Positions 37,401 through 52,400 of a stretch of DNA of 64,000 nt are shown here, one piece after another (position 1 is the stretch's first letter; every line of letters begins with the position of its first letter). The notes below the pieces were generated by a model. It did not search any database and was not told where the DNA came from. It saw only the letters and a list, made by a program, of their open reading frames with translations. The DNA lies in NCBI RefSeq assembly GCF_964204865.1, contig NC_135255.1, positions 7,316,001 to 7,380,000 of the forward strand. Direction: 5' to 3'. This stretch comes from Styela clava. Its lineage: Eukaryota. A program made the position numbers and the translations under genes.

Positions 37401-40400
37401 GTACATGCTTTTGATACTTTAGCAATTGCTTGAGGCATGAAATCTTCATTATCAATATAGGGTTGAATTTTAGTGATAACAGAATCGGGGATGTTGTCAC
37501 GATCGAACTTGAACAAGGATTCCAGGAACTGAAAGAAATGAGAGAATGAAACAGTGTGCACAAAAACTAATTTTGTTAGGATAAAATATCTGAAAGAAAG
37601 AAAACTTTGTAAAAATTACTGATTTTCAGATACGGTAAAATGGAACATGGTTGCCATAAAGTCACGCACCAAGGTAAATATCGAAATCTCAAAGATATAA
37701 AAACCTTGGAATCATTTAATCTTGATTTTTTATAGAGTCTTCTTTAATTCATCATGATAACATTCTAAAATTAGAATGAGTCACCTAATAATGTACATCG
37801 GCATCATGGTAGATTATGAGTTTTATCTTGGTGCGCGACATAAAATAAGATTATTTTGAACTACCGGTAATCACAATCCAGATGATAATCAAAGTTATTA
37901 CAATTTCGAACATATAGAAGTATGACTCACTTTGCCAGGATCTTGTAGAAGTGCTTTACCAGGTTCCCAGTAATCATCAACCTTTGTTCCCATCTTTTCA
38001 CCAGCAACTTTCTTGGGTTTAACTTCCCTCATGATGCATACTGCCTCAATAACAAGACGCACACCAGCTGGTGGCCTCATCATTGCTCTCACCTGAAGTA
38101 GAAAATTTTATTTGATTGTTTCTCAAGTAGATTTCAGTTTATTTTTGAAATTAAATTAATTCTCTATTATGCTCTTGCTACAAGATCTTAGATTTTTTAA
38201 TAAATCTGCATTTTTACCATTTAGAACAGAGGTTTTCAACCTTTTTTCCGTCAAGTACCCCCCGAGTCACGAAACAATCAACGCAAACCCCCGGTAATCA
38301 GACACCGAACAAAGTTGTGATATACTGATATATTGACTAGCAATTTGTTGCAACACCAATTTATTGACCATAAGTAACTAAATTAAATCGTCTTTTTGGT
38401 ATTATTGCCCTTGTCGTCTGCCTAGCTAATGAATTCTTAAAATCTCTCCCAAGTTACAATAAGCATAATTTTCTAATGCTCGCAGCACGCTGTCTTCAGA
38501 GATTTCACAGTTTGTACACAAAGCTTTGAATTTCACATCGTTGCATCACAATCACAACAACGCAAGATCAGGTAAAATCTACGTTTCAATTGGCGTCTAG
38601 TTTCATTGGGCACGCATTTTCCCATGGTATTAATAAAGGATATTAAAAAACAGCAACATACAAAAACTTGACTGTCATCCAAGTACCCATAGAAATCTTC
38701 TCATGAACCCCTGGGGGTTCGCGAACCCCAGGTTGAGAACCCCTGATTTAGAATATGCAAAAAATTTCAATTACATTTTATTTGGGATTTTGACATCCTC
38801 TACCATCTTTATTAGTGTTTATGTTTATATGTGTAAAGAAAAGGTAAAACAGAAAAGATGGCTCAATAATGCCAACCAAGGCATTGCAGACCATTCTCAG
38901 ATACCAGATCATATTAGATATGAGAATAGTTGGCTAGTTAGCGAATTTTTCCAATGGAGTTGCCACGAACTTTATACAGTTGGGCAAGCTTCATTTTCAA
39001 CTTTCATGAAAGATTTCTGGAAACGAGCTCGCAAACCGGGACACATTCAAAGCTAAAAAAAAGTTCACTTTATGGTCAATCATGCCATAAATATGATAAC
39101 AAACCCAGATTAAAACTTTGAAAGACATTATCTCATTGACAAGAAAAAAGCCACAAAGTTACCAGATAAAATACTAGATCATTCAAATTATTTTCAGATT
39201 GATAATAATGTAGTTATGATGTCCATAACAAGCAGAGTATAGTAATATTTAGCCGATGAATGAATTTTAAAGGCTGGAATCAATCGAAGAGTTTCCCAAC
39301 ATTCACAGGACAAGATTCATAATAACATGCTCTACTTCAAATATCATAATCAAAATTTAACATGGAAGGGAAAACAAAATATCTAGGTATAGACATTCCC
39401 TACTAAAGATATGATTCAACAATAATTAGCATTTAAATACCTCAATGACATCATTTTTGTTCAAAGATTTCAAGCTTGCCAGAGCAGCCTCTAATGCAGG
39501 TAAAGCTTCATCAAGATCTCGTTGAGCGCTTTCAGCAATTCCTTGTGCTTTTTCTGCTTGCACTGAAGCTTCTGCTTCCTGCTTTTGCACAACTACTTGT
39601 GTATCTTTTGCTGTTATCTATAGGACAAAAAAAAAACGAGGCAATAGTTGTAGGATAACTGCTGAAGACATTTGTTGAAATTATACAATCTAACATTTTT
39701 AAAGCCAGTGTATCTGATCACAAGCCTGGTACAATTAACTCCACAGGTGAACTGGTTACAAAGTAAGAAAATGCCCATAATCATATTCCTTACTATTTAC
39801 TGCAGGAAGTATGAGTTTGCGGCTTGCGGCAAGCATCATGAGGAGCATGATTTCTATACTCTGTGCTGTTGCAGAGTGGATATGGAATCGTTGGCTAATA
39901 CTCTTTTTACTAATAATGTAGTGTTATACTGAGAAATTGGGGCAGATCTTGATAAGTTTACAGTTGAATACTTCACTAAACCACTAAATTGTGGAAGAAA
40001 TTCATCAAGAAAAATTTTCTGGTTTGTGCAAATCCGAGAGGTGTATATGGTTTCTTCTACAGTACCTTGTTCATAATGAAGGTAATAAAAACTTGATGAA
40101 ACCGCTTGAAAATAGTTAAAACAAACATAGTTTTATCTTACAGTATCTTTCTGAATTTGTTCCATAGTGTTTGCTGTTTCTATTGCAGCTTCTTCAAGTA
40201 ATGGCCTCATTGTTTCCAGTTCTTCCTGCATTTTTGCAACGTCATCCGCTGTACTCAGAAGCTACAAATTCAAAGTATTTTGCCGGTAATCAGAATTAAA
40301 GCCATCATATGAACTAAGTACAGTGTACACTGTGATATTTGGTAGAAGGTAGAATTTGGTTGAATTAGTCAGTGATAGTGACCAGCATTGTAATATGTCA

Positions 40401-43400
40401 CTTCAATGTCCAAAAATGTAGTCTTGTAATGGTAAAACTTTTGCAATCTTCGATTGAATACTTACTTTATCCAAGCCAGTTTTCATTCTGTTTTTGTTAG
40501 TGCTTAGTTCACTGATTTTGAAGCCGATAAGTTTGCTGAATATTCCAAGCAATTCAAGGTATGATGTAGGGGTGACATAATTGTGTCGAGACAATTCAGC
40601 AAGAAATCTCTTTGATGCATCAGCTACAGATTGATGCATTTCAACACACATGTTCACCATACCTGATGAAGAAGTGAATTTAATGAAATGAAGATATTTC
40701 CTTATCAAACATGTATATTGATATATATATGTGTGATACACATGTGAAATTCACGTCACTTAGTAGGAACCGAGAAGGGAAGGTCAGCGAACATTGCCCC
40801 AGGTCTGCGGGGCTCAATCTAACTTAGCTTCAATTTTGTTGATTACCAACCATGCATACTTCCGTCACGCCAACAGCAGGAAAAGTCAAAAAATGGAACA
40901 ATTGAATTTATTGCAATTGAGTTTACGAGAATACACGGGGTCGAGCCTTCTCTTGAACATTTAGAACATAATCGCAACATGAAGAGTTCAACTTATGTGG
41001 AATAGCCTGCAATGCAAAGGCAAGCACGTTTCTAATGCTTAGCAATATTCGCTAATCGGCAAGCCTTAGAGTACCAGTACACTACATCCACAGATGATGA
41101 TTTATAATCTGTTTATCATGAGATCCACACTAAACTTCAAAATATGTCTCCATTCAATTCATACCCACCTTCCATTAAATCAGCATTCGATGTATCAATA
41201 TCCGTAATTTCACTCAAGAAAGTGTTTGCAACACTCTGCAATGCTTCTTGTGGCCATTCACTGAACCAATCAATTGTACAGCAGGTGATGAGCGAAGGAA
41301 ACATACGAAGTCGAGCACGGAAGATTTCACCAATAGGGCTAGTAAAAAGAAGGTTAATATTATGAAAGTGATTCCCAACAGAATACACATAGACTTGTCA
41401 AAAAAGTGAAAAACTATCATAACAGTAAGCGGGTTCTAAATCTAAATCATATTTCCAATAGAATATGACATACTATACAATCTGATCTGAGAATGTATTG
41501 GCATTACGTTAACTACGATGGCATCATAGGTTGAAGATCCCTCGCCCAGGATGTAATGAATTGGGTTGGTAATGCTGAAGCATTGTTTGGATGAGAAGCA
41601 TAAGAGTACCATACAAACAAAAAATAAATTACCGTACCAAGTTTTACAAAATATACCAAATTCACCAATCTCAGAAAATTATGTTATACTACCGACCTCC
41701 TTGGTAATAATGAGAAATGAAATGAATATATCGTGATAATATTTTGCTACACAATGAATTGAATGAGTTGCACAGCAATAGCATACAAAAATTCCAACTG
41801 CATGATACATTTTTCAGTGCCTCGTGGCATTTTGGTGGTTACTCAAACTTTTTTTTGAGGTGAGCCTTTTTCTCTCTAGTTGAGCATGACTTTATTCTAT
41901 GATGAATTCACTTTGAAAGAAACTGCGATCATTTTCACTCACCTCATACACACAATGCTGTGTAGATTTGCTTTAACACGTTTTGTAAAAGCATTGAATA
42001 GGTTTGATTTTGTTGGTGGAAGACCGGAATCCATAACTACTGGTTTCATTGCAGTAAATATCTGATCTTGATCATCAAAATTATAAATGTTCGGTACGTC
42101 ACCAGAGTTCAGAATATTATTCAGATCCTATAATGAAAGTATCTATGTATATGGTGATTTATTAGAGAATTTGTTCCAAAATTCTGAAGGAAAATGTAGT
42201 AAATACTGTCTTTTCATATGGGTTCGATACTATTACTGGACATGGATTGGACCTATGGATTACTTTGCAAAATAATCTATGTTATTAAAAATTGCATCTT
42301 TTCGTGACTAGTGGACCAATTGGTTCCAAATTTTCAACACTTAATTGTTGCTATATGGTGAATACGGTAAGTTGAATTTACTTTTTCAAATTTTCTCTGT
42401 CCCATAAAGCTCGATATTGCACATAAATTTTGCTAGTTTTAGCATATATCGCGTCACCATGTGGTCTCCATCAGCCCAGTCCACCAATATTTTCGCCCAA
42501 GCCAGACTGCCTTCGCACGGTCATGTATTTGAGCATTGCTCGTTTGTTTTTGAAATAAAGTTGAAAATTTATTTCAACATTTTTGGAAATAATTGCAACA
42601 CTATTTGCAACACTATTTTAATTGCAAACCCTAACCCATTTTTTTTCTTGAATCTAACTTTGTTCAAAAATTCAAATCTACATCTATTAGATCAATATAT
42701 TAATATCTCAATGTTAAATTAACTTAATGTTATTAACTTGAATTAACATTGAAATAATATTATGAAGAATTTTTTTCAAAAGCATTATTATCATTTGCTA
42801 ACAAACCTCCAAGAACGATTCATCCTTGATCTGAGTGTCACAAAACAAGAAAACAATTGGTTGATTTTGCAATCCAGCTTTCAACATGCATGTTTTAATG
42901 TCTTCCCTCCATTCATTCACTCCATAGTTCTTTGCAAGTTCAATTTGGAACAATTCATAATCAGCCCTGAAATACAATACGATCCAAAAATCTCGAGACA
43001 TAACAAAAAATGGCAATTTTATACAGCGTGTTGAGACAAACTAAACTCATTTAAGTATGAATGCATTTGCTCGATGAAGCATTTGAAACAAGCTTGCCAT
43101 CGCAGTTCAGTTTACCCTGCGCTGGTTTGCAGATTTGAATCATGTGGGGAATATTTATTTGCAAGAAGATTGCAAATAGTAAGTAGTAGTCACCTTAGTA
43201 AGGTGGTTCAATTAACCTCCGGCCAATTACCCTTCTTCCACCATCCATGAAGTTCATGCATTTGTGGCAAAAAGTGGTTTAATTTTTCCCATCCCCATCA
43301 TGGAGAGGTAACTCAACAAGAAGCCATAGATCACCATATGATTAGGACATTTTATAGGTTTTCATTGTGATTTGTGATAATTATGATCTATTCCTAATAG

Positions 43401-46400
43401 TAACATACATATGAGTAGCAAGTCTTGATAAACTCTGTCGCCCACTTCCTCCAACTCCTAGCAGTAAAGCATTTCCAAGCGGTTGACGAATAATACGAGA
43501 TATTCTGCAAACGTGTTGAACAGCATCGAGGAAAAGTACAAGTTTCATTTGAGCTGTATTGACTTGATTGTAATCTTCAAGGAATTCATCAATGACGCCA
43601 ATCATCTGTGTTGTAAAATAAATCAAAGTTGTTTTGATATGACCATAAAAACTGGATTACAACATGTTCCTTTTAATTTCATAGGAACTGTTCAACACTA
43701 TTGAACTTGCAACACTATTCAGTTAGGGACAGTCGACACCATTGGACTATGTGCTGAAGATGGGGTAAAGACACATGTCCCAAAAGTCCACAAATGCACC
43801 AGGAGATATTGGTGGAATGAAAACTAAAAGCAGTTCAGACAAAATTAATCAATATAGAATAGTGGTTTTTAATGAAAATGAAATCAATCTGCAACATCTT
43901 CGGCATTATTGTTCATCTATATAGTTTATATAAAATGATACAAAAACTACACCTTTTTATGATCTTCAGCATAAAGATATAACTTGTTGTCTGAGTTTGG
44001 TTGAAAGAAATCTCCAAACAACACGGGCTTCAGGGGAATAACATCCTCCAATGGCATCTGTTGAAAAATAAATGTCGATAAAAGTCAAAGCTGGTAATAA
44101 CCATAATGCCATTTTCTAATTTTTAGATGATAATATCAAAAAATGAATAATTCCAAATTTGAAATTTTGGTTATATGCAACATCGATTAATTTTTAGTGA
44201 AGCGCATTAAAATATAAAGTTTATTCAAATTCAGTTTATAACACTCAAAGTTGACATGCATTTATGAATGGAAAAAATAAGCTTACAGATTACAGCTCGA
44301 CGATGTGGCGCATCGAGCTTAGTAACAGGAATAGGCTCTCCATCGCACCTCTGATTACCCTTGCAGGTTCGCAAGTTCGAATGGCTTGCAGGTTCGAATC
44401 CCATGCAGGGATAATTATGTGCAAGAGGACTGCTGGACTCCTTGCAGCCGTGTGGTGGTTCACATAACCGCTGGTCAGTTACGACTTCCTCTACTATCAA
44501 GCCCATGCATCTGAAAACAAACAACTGGCTGACTAATCCCATACCTGACATGGACTGATAACCGAACGAGAGAACGTGGTTCGCCATATGATTGAGCCAT
44601 TCTATCGGCTTTCCTTTTCCACAGGATGAATATGTGAATCCCATCCTAATTATTATCCTACAAACGATCATTCGTTTCAATTGTCACTTAAATCTTGACT
44701 ACCGTATACAATATTAATATTTTTTCTTACTTTGAAATTATTCACAATTTTTTCTTCCAGCATGTTGGAAAACCAGTTTCTATCTTCATCATTTACAAGA
44801 CGATCTTGAAATATTCTGCAACTCTCGTGATACCACAGACGAAGAAGCATTTCTTTGGACTGTGATTAAAAATATAAATAAAATGATATAAATTTGTAGA
44901 CAAGGTGAATGAGCAAAATATTCATTGTTAAACTATCGATTCAGTTCCAGCTAAATCATTGAGATCCAAGATGATTAGCTTGTGATATGAATAATATTAT
45001 GTTGTGGTTTAGTTTAGTGAGAAAAACTGCAATCAGTGATTACATTTGCCCTCGCATGAGGGTCAAAGGGTGAGCAGGATCGATTATTTATAATGAATAC
45101 CTAATTGTTCAATTTACAATCGACCAAGGACTAAGACGCTGGAGATTGCTACTTTTTTCAGAAAATATTACAAAACATTGTTTTTCGTCAACGTTTGATG
45201 CTTGAAATATAGCATGCCAAATTGACCCTAAACAGCTTCTGACATAAGAAACAAGGCACAATCTATTTTATTTCAATCTTAGCGATTTTTTAGCCATTAA
45301 ACTCTGAGGATATTCCAATATCACAAATGCTGATGTCCTTCACCAGTAGTCCTGATCATTATTTTTGATATGCAACATACAGTATCATAAATATTGGGGC
45401 GATGACCGGCATGCTCCTAATGTGTCAATGAGCAATCACAAAGGTTGATGTCTGATTTCAGCAGTTGGCCCACTTGGGTGACACTTACTTCCACTTTACT
45501 GACTTCCATCATCAACATTCCTTGGAAAACTTTGGAAAGATCTCTCAAGTTGAAAGTATAATGTGATTTAGCTGGAGTTGGGAGAAGTTGTGTGGTGATT
45601 GTATCGTACATGTAGATGGTAGAATCTACTATTTCATTGCAAAGTTCTTGAATATCAGCTGGTGCTGGTTCTGAGGTAAACAAATCAATAATGTTAGATT
45701 GATTGACTGGTACTATTGATACATATTTCCAATAGTGATCTAGGAAGTTTTCAGAGGTGTGTTATATATTTTGGGTGAGATAAACATTATTATCTCTCTT
45801 TGACTTCGGCAAAACATGCTGAAATAATGAGAGCAAAAATTTTGAAATTGCAGAAAATTAACAAACTGTTAACCAACAGATACAAACTAAAGATGCTCGA
45901 CTATATATTATTTTCAATTTATAAATTCTATCTTTATATAAATGCATTACAACCCTTTTTAAACAACTTTCAAACATTATAAGCATTTACTTAGCCTTTT
46001 TAAACTGTTAGCTAAAAACATACCGGTAGTTTACATCCTTTTATATTTCTCTTCTACTGTCTAAAAACTTTAAAATGAAACCTGACCAATATCTAACTCC
46101 TCAATAAATAGATATTAAGTACTTCAGATAAAACCCTCAACTTATGTGTAATAATTGGTAAAGTATCTGAACTCACTTCCGAAAGCAATGAGGCTCTTCG
46201 ATCCAGCTGAAACATGAATATAATGGTAACTACATTCTTAAATCTTATAGTAAACACCGCCACAATCCAATCAACCATAGCTATAAAACTGCACTTCAAA
46301 ATGGCAAATTTGCTGTTAATACTGTGGTGATCTTAAAAACTGAGCTGCATAAACTCCATATATTCACTAACAATAACAACTACTTATTCTAATAATACCT

Positions 46401-49400
46401 GTGCTGGATTAAGTTGCTATAAATCGAAAAAAAACAGGAAGTACTCAATAGATTACTATTCTGAAATGAAGCATTTGAATATATATTCCAAATTTTGAGT
46501 GCTCAACAGAAAAGGTATCACACAGTCTCAGAGATTAATGACTAAAAGGGAAAAAAATAAGATGAACTGTAGTGATTGTTACTCATAGCTTTCAGAATGC
46601 TGGCACTTTTGTGTGAAAAGTGGGAACTCAATTACCTGAAGTGATATTTTTTTTGAAAAAATGTATTTTTAAATTATTCGTAAAATTGAATTTTTTAAAA
46701 TGTTTAAAATAATTTATATATTCAAATAATTTTTTAATTGATTTAAAACTCATTATTTTATTTCAAATAATAAAATTAAATTTACTCAGCCAGCTTTGAA
46801 CAATGGTTGCAAAGATTCTCTTCTTGCTTGATATTTCCATGTCAGTGCAAGACACATAATTGAAATGTCGAAGTAGACGTTGTGTGATAGGATTTCTTCC
46901 ACCACCTGGTGGTCCCATAGCACAGACAAAGGAGATGTCAACAAGTCTCCTGAAATCACCTAAAATGAAGATTCATGAAGATATCAAATTTAGGAAGTCG
47001 TGCATCCTGCTATCCATCAGGAACATCGTATCAGTAATTATGTCCCATAACAGAAATATTGTTCAGGGCTACCGGTTAAGAATATCAGCTTTTATTATAT
47101 TTGAAAGTATGCTACTCAAAATCTTGAATTCAAACTATAATATTACATCTCAATGAAATATTTTAGATAATGGCCATGATATTGTCAACCTTTTTTGCAG
47201 CAAAATGAAAAAAAGATTGTCTTGTCTGCCTGTTTGAACTGTATATTAAATAAAAAAAAAAGGCTGAAAGTTACATGCTTGATTCATGTAAAATAAAAAA
47301 ATTGTGTTATCTTCACTCAATTTATAGTTGTTCCAATCCATTAAACCAACGGCAGGTCAAACTAAATTTTAACTTTGATGAAAATATACCATGATTCTTT
47401 ATTAGAGTGAGACTTGACTTTTTTAAAAAAAAAAAAACTTGAATTATTCTAATTATCTCAATATAAAGATAAATTGCCTTACCGATCAATTTTCTGTCGT
47501 ACCATCCATTATGGTCCATCCATTGTCTCAGTAGTTCGATAGGTGGTTGTGCACCATATTTTTCAAGTGCAGGCATATTCAAATCATCAATGAAGAAAAT
47601 GGCATACTTTCCAAGAGGTGGTGCAAAAACTCCCTTCCTACGTTTGTCAAGTTTGCCATCAATGAGATCCTACAATTATGAATGTAAATATAAAAAATAT
47701 ATAAACAATTTCAGAACAAGCAATAAAAACATATTATTTCTAAAAGATTGTATAAGAAAATTGGATAGATTTCAAAAACTTCAAAAAACACTCCGAGAGA
47801 CCGTGCAGTATAGTGCAATATGACATATGATCTGGAGCCAGTACTGCAATAAAACATTAAGACATAAATAAGAGCGAACTATCATCCATTCCACATATCA
47901 TAATATGCTGAACATTTAATATTACAAATTCTAGTTCCGGCAGAACACAAAAATAGACTACCGGTGTGTCACACTGTATCTTAGATTACTGTACTAGATT
48001 TTATTAAAAGTTTCATAAACTCGTACTATTCTCAGTTTTTTTTTGTATGATATAAACGCTACTTGGTTTCAAAAATAGCGAAAAGTGTGGAACGATCAAT
48101 AATCTATTTACCACACGACCCGATATCATATCTTTATATACAGTAATAGGAAATAAAACTGGAATGTTGATGTCTTTAGAAAGTGTTGTCATATAAAAAC
48201 ACTAAAAATGAGGATCATAAATGATTTGCCTATAATATTTCAAATCATACAAAATATTAAGAGTCGTACTTGTGTTTGGTTTGCAGATGTCTTGGCAGAA
48301 AACATCATGAAATTAGGAATATATTCTTGCGGCATTCCTTTTAATAATTTATCTCCAACGACAACTGATTTCCCTGTACCTGTGGGACCAATCACCAGAA
48401 CCTACAAAATAAAAATATGTTATACATTAAAATAACAATCCCCCTTACAATTAGTCAAATAGCATGTTATATTAGTATGACTCAACTCGACAATCATTGG
48501 ATTGCCTACCCAATTATTACACTCTGGGTGAGATGGTGGGCATGAACTTTGAACCTGATATCTATAACTTGAGACAACCTTTTTAGCTAACAAACTTGGT
48601 AATCTGTTTGTATACGCTTTATTTGGAACAAACTTTCAATACAAATAAATATTATTTAGTACATTAAAATTAACTACTGTACCTGTTTCTTGTTGCATAC
48701 AAGCATTTCCAGAAGAGCTGAAGTACAGATGGTATCGATTGTGGGAATAATGATATCTGCGTATGGAGTAGCTGGTGTGATTTCAAATGATGGTGCTGAT
48801 TTCAACCAACTTTTCCAATGGATCTGCAATTATCGATATGGATAATTTCACCTCAGTTTTTATGTAAATTGTCTTGACTCAAGATTGAAATTGGGAATGG
48901 TACTTATTAGGGTGACATTTCCCTAATTTTATCGGACATGAAGTAGATCCATAAATCATTTTACAAAATTGTTGCCATTGGGGTTGTTGATGGTAGAAAA
49001 TTTCCGCAACTTGACGATCAATTGATTTAAATTTTCTGTATGCAAGAATAGCACTATCTGTATGTTTTTAATGTACTGCAGTTAGTCATTTGACTCCTCT
49101 TATGTATTATCTTGTCTTCAGTAATATCACCAACTTACAGACATCTCTTTTGTAACACAGTTACCAAACAGAGCAAATAGTTACACTACCCCGATGTTGA
49201 CAATTTGAAGCAACATTTGGGTAAGTTCATGCAAAAATACTTTAGAATCAAATCATAACAAGCCAAATTGCATCCTTTCAAACGTGCACTGAGATGATCG
49301 TTTAAACTATGCCTTTGACACAAACATGTAGTTATGTGGTGAATATTGTCTGGTTAAAGTGTTTTCACTGTAATGCCCAGCCAAAGTGATTGGAAAGTGC

Positions 49401-52400
49401 CAATAAGAACCTGTTTCCCTTCTGCTGTATTATCCTCATCATCATCCATTGAATCACCAGTTTGTTTCTTCGTAATCCCAACATCATCAAGTTGATAATC
49501 ATAAACCAGGCCTTCTTCTGGGAACGGTAGTTTTACCTAAATTACATTTTAAAAAAATAGAAAATTGCAAATAAGACAATACAAGTCCATAATTTTTGTG
49601 AACTTCTATAAAAACAAATTTAATTGAAAATTTCATATTCAGTATTTTCCAATTCAAGTGACTCCCCGTTTATGCATAGTGAATATTTCTTGTTACATCT
49701 AAATATTTTAATAATAATAATCATTCTACAGAGATTATGCTCTCTAAATATGAAGCATCAGTTTAATCAAGATTAGTCTTTTAGGTCTCAGCCCAAGTTG
49801 AATAAGCGAATAGTTAACTTGTTTCCTTGTTTTAGATACATAGACTGGATGGCAAAAAAATTTGCAACCGACCTGCAGTTACATGAGCCACCACTATGAC
49901 TGCAAGAAGTCATCCGCTCGCGCATAATTATAACCTACAAGATTTTAAACTTGTAAACCCACTCAGAATAATCACAGAAATGAATGTGTCTACTATTTTA
50001 CTCAATCATTAATTATACTTATGGTATATACAAATAAAAAATGTTTAAAATTTATTAAATAATGAAAATATTATCGCTAAAATGTGAGGTAAAATGTTCA
50101 AAAGACAGCATGACAGTTACCAAAGAACTTAATCAAGTAACTTGAAAGAACTTTTTAACGCAGGAGTAAAATGATTTAAGTAGAAGTCACCATTCAACAC
50201 TGTGTCTATTCTTACCTCACATTCTTTCATTTTTTCTCTGACATAAACAGAAAACTTTTGTCGTCCATCATTATCAGTTGTACTTCCAATACTCCAAATC
50301 AGAGAAAAGAAAAACCATGGTTCAATGAGATCTGGCACTTTTGCTAGTTGTTCATCACTCAAAAAAGGCTCACCCTGGACATAGAAAATGTAGAATTTTA
50401 GCACATATCAGGGCATATTTTGAATCTTCCCTGCTTGATATTCAATATTTCAGCCATGAAATCATCCAAAATTAGCAAAATATGTAACATAACATTGTAC
50501 ACTAGGGAGTCTGAATTTGTAAACAAGTAAAACAAATAAATTTCTGGGAAACACTTTAACGAGAGATTGGACGAGTAGTTGAAATGAAGGGTTTTCAATT
50601 TCCATAGCAGCAACAATTTGAAAACTGATTCATGGACCCTTAAATATGCATGTTAAGCATGGGAATCAATAATTAACATTTTTCATTGAGAAAAGTCATT
50701 TATTGCACTACATTCTGAAAATGAATAGTCTTGAAATCTGAAGAAACTCCATCAAGCTGCTGTACGATTGCATTTCAAACATTCCTGTATCACAGATATT
50801 CTTTCATCTCAAATCATAATAATGTTTTTTCGTTTTATTTGATACTAAAACAAATTGAGATATTCATGAGCTTTTGTTATTCATTAACCAAAATTGAAAG
50901 GATTTGAATAGCCATAGGGCAAATATTCCCGCATTGTTCACAAATACAGGGTTTTTCAACATGCAAATTCAGGCATACATACATGTTTAATTGAATTAAA
51001 CATTACATGCGTTGGCAATACATTGTAACTACTGTAAATTATTCAATAAGAGTATTTCATTTAAGTATGTAATCAATATAGACAATGCATGCAAGATGAA
51101 TCATATAGTACAAAAACATACAATAATTAAAATTTAAATTTTCATCATTTGACTGAAAATATATAATGCAGTGGTAAATTGATTTTTTCTATAATGACAG
51201 AAATAATTAAACAAGCTGGAATTGACAAGAAAAGATTTTTAATTTACTGTCAACCCAGCCAAGCAAGATGGCTAAACGCCTAAGCTGAAGTTAATACAAA
51301 TATTGGCAATGAAAAGATATTGCAAACAGCATAAAATTGTTTTGTTGGATACCAAGAATTTCCCAATATTCAGAATGATAATTATAGTTTGAGACCAGGA
51401 AATTTAACATGCATGCATACTAGGATAACTAGGATAACAAAAAAAATTTGGTAATATATAAAGAACTACAAGAAACAGAAATAAGGACTCCATTTTTTAT
51501 AGAAATAGTATTTGAAATTAAAAAAGACTTGTGATATAAAGTAATATCCACATAACAAAAGTGAAAAATTATAATATTTGTGCCTATTCGCTACATATAC
51601 AATGTCTAGTCAACAAAAGATGTTGCCATGCCAACTTACAAGTGACATATATTTTGCAAAACGTGAATCCTTGGCTACTTTAGGTTTTGCTTCTCCCTTT
51701 GTTCATAGAAATTAAGTTTACGGTAAATAAAAATATAAACAAAATAATATTCCTCATAAAAATGTCTGCAATAGAGGTGGGATAATGAATATCTGTAGTG
51801 ATGCTCCAAAAATTCCATCAGTTCAAAAAAATGAGATAATTTTCAAGTCACGTTTAAATAATGATAGCGGAATTATGGTAAGTTAAACTTCAAACAGTCA
51901 TATTTGAATTAACGAAATCAATATTTTTTATTAAAATATGTTTTTTAATGCAGGAAAATCATGATTTCATTCCATATGAAATTGAAATATTCAAAAACAA
52001 AATAAATTACAGGGAAGATACATAAAATAATTTTTTACATGAACTAGTCCTTTTTAGTTCACAAGCAATGGGTCCAATTTGAACACAAACTATACAGGGA
52101 TTCTATAGAAAACCTAGTATTTTAAAACAACATTTCGCACTTTTTTTCAACTCTTTTTATGAGGAGCATGTGTTGTAAACGTTTTTTTTTTCTTTTTTCA
52201 GTTGGGGATGGTTAAAATTATGTGAGAAGTTGACTACTAGTACTCACCACTATTACCACTCATCACTGGGAACATTGATTTTTTACATCTAACTTGAGAA
52301 TGAAATTGGGTGAAAGGCTGAGTCTCCGCTACCATGATATACATAAATTCATAATTTATGTTTACAACCCCACATTATTCATCCTTATATAAAAACCAAT

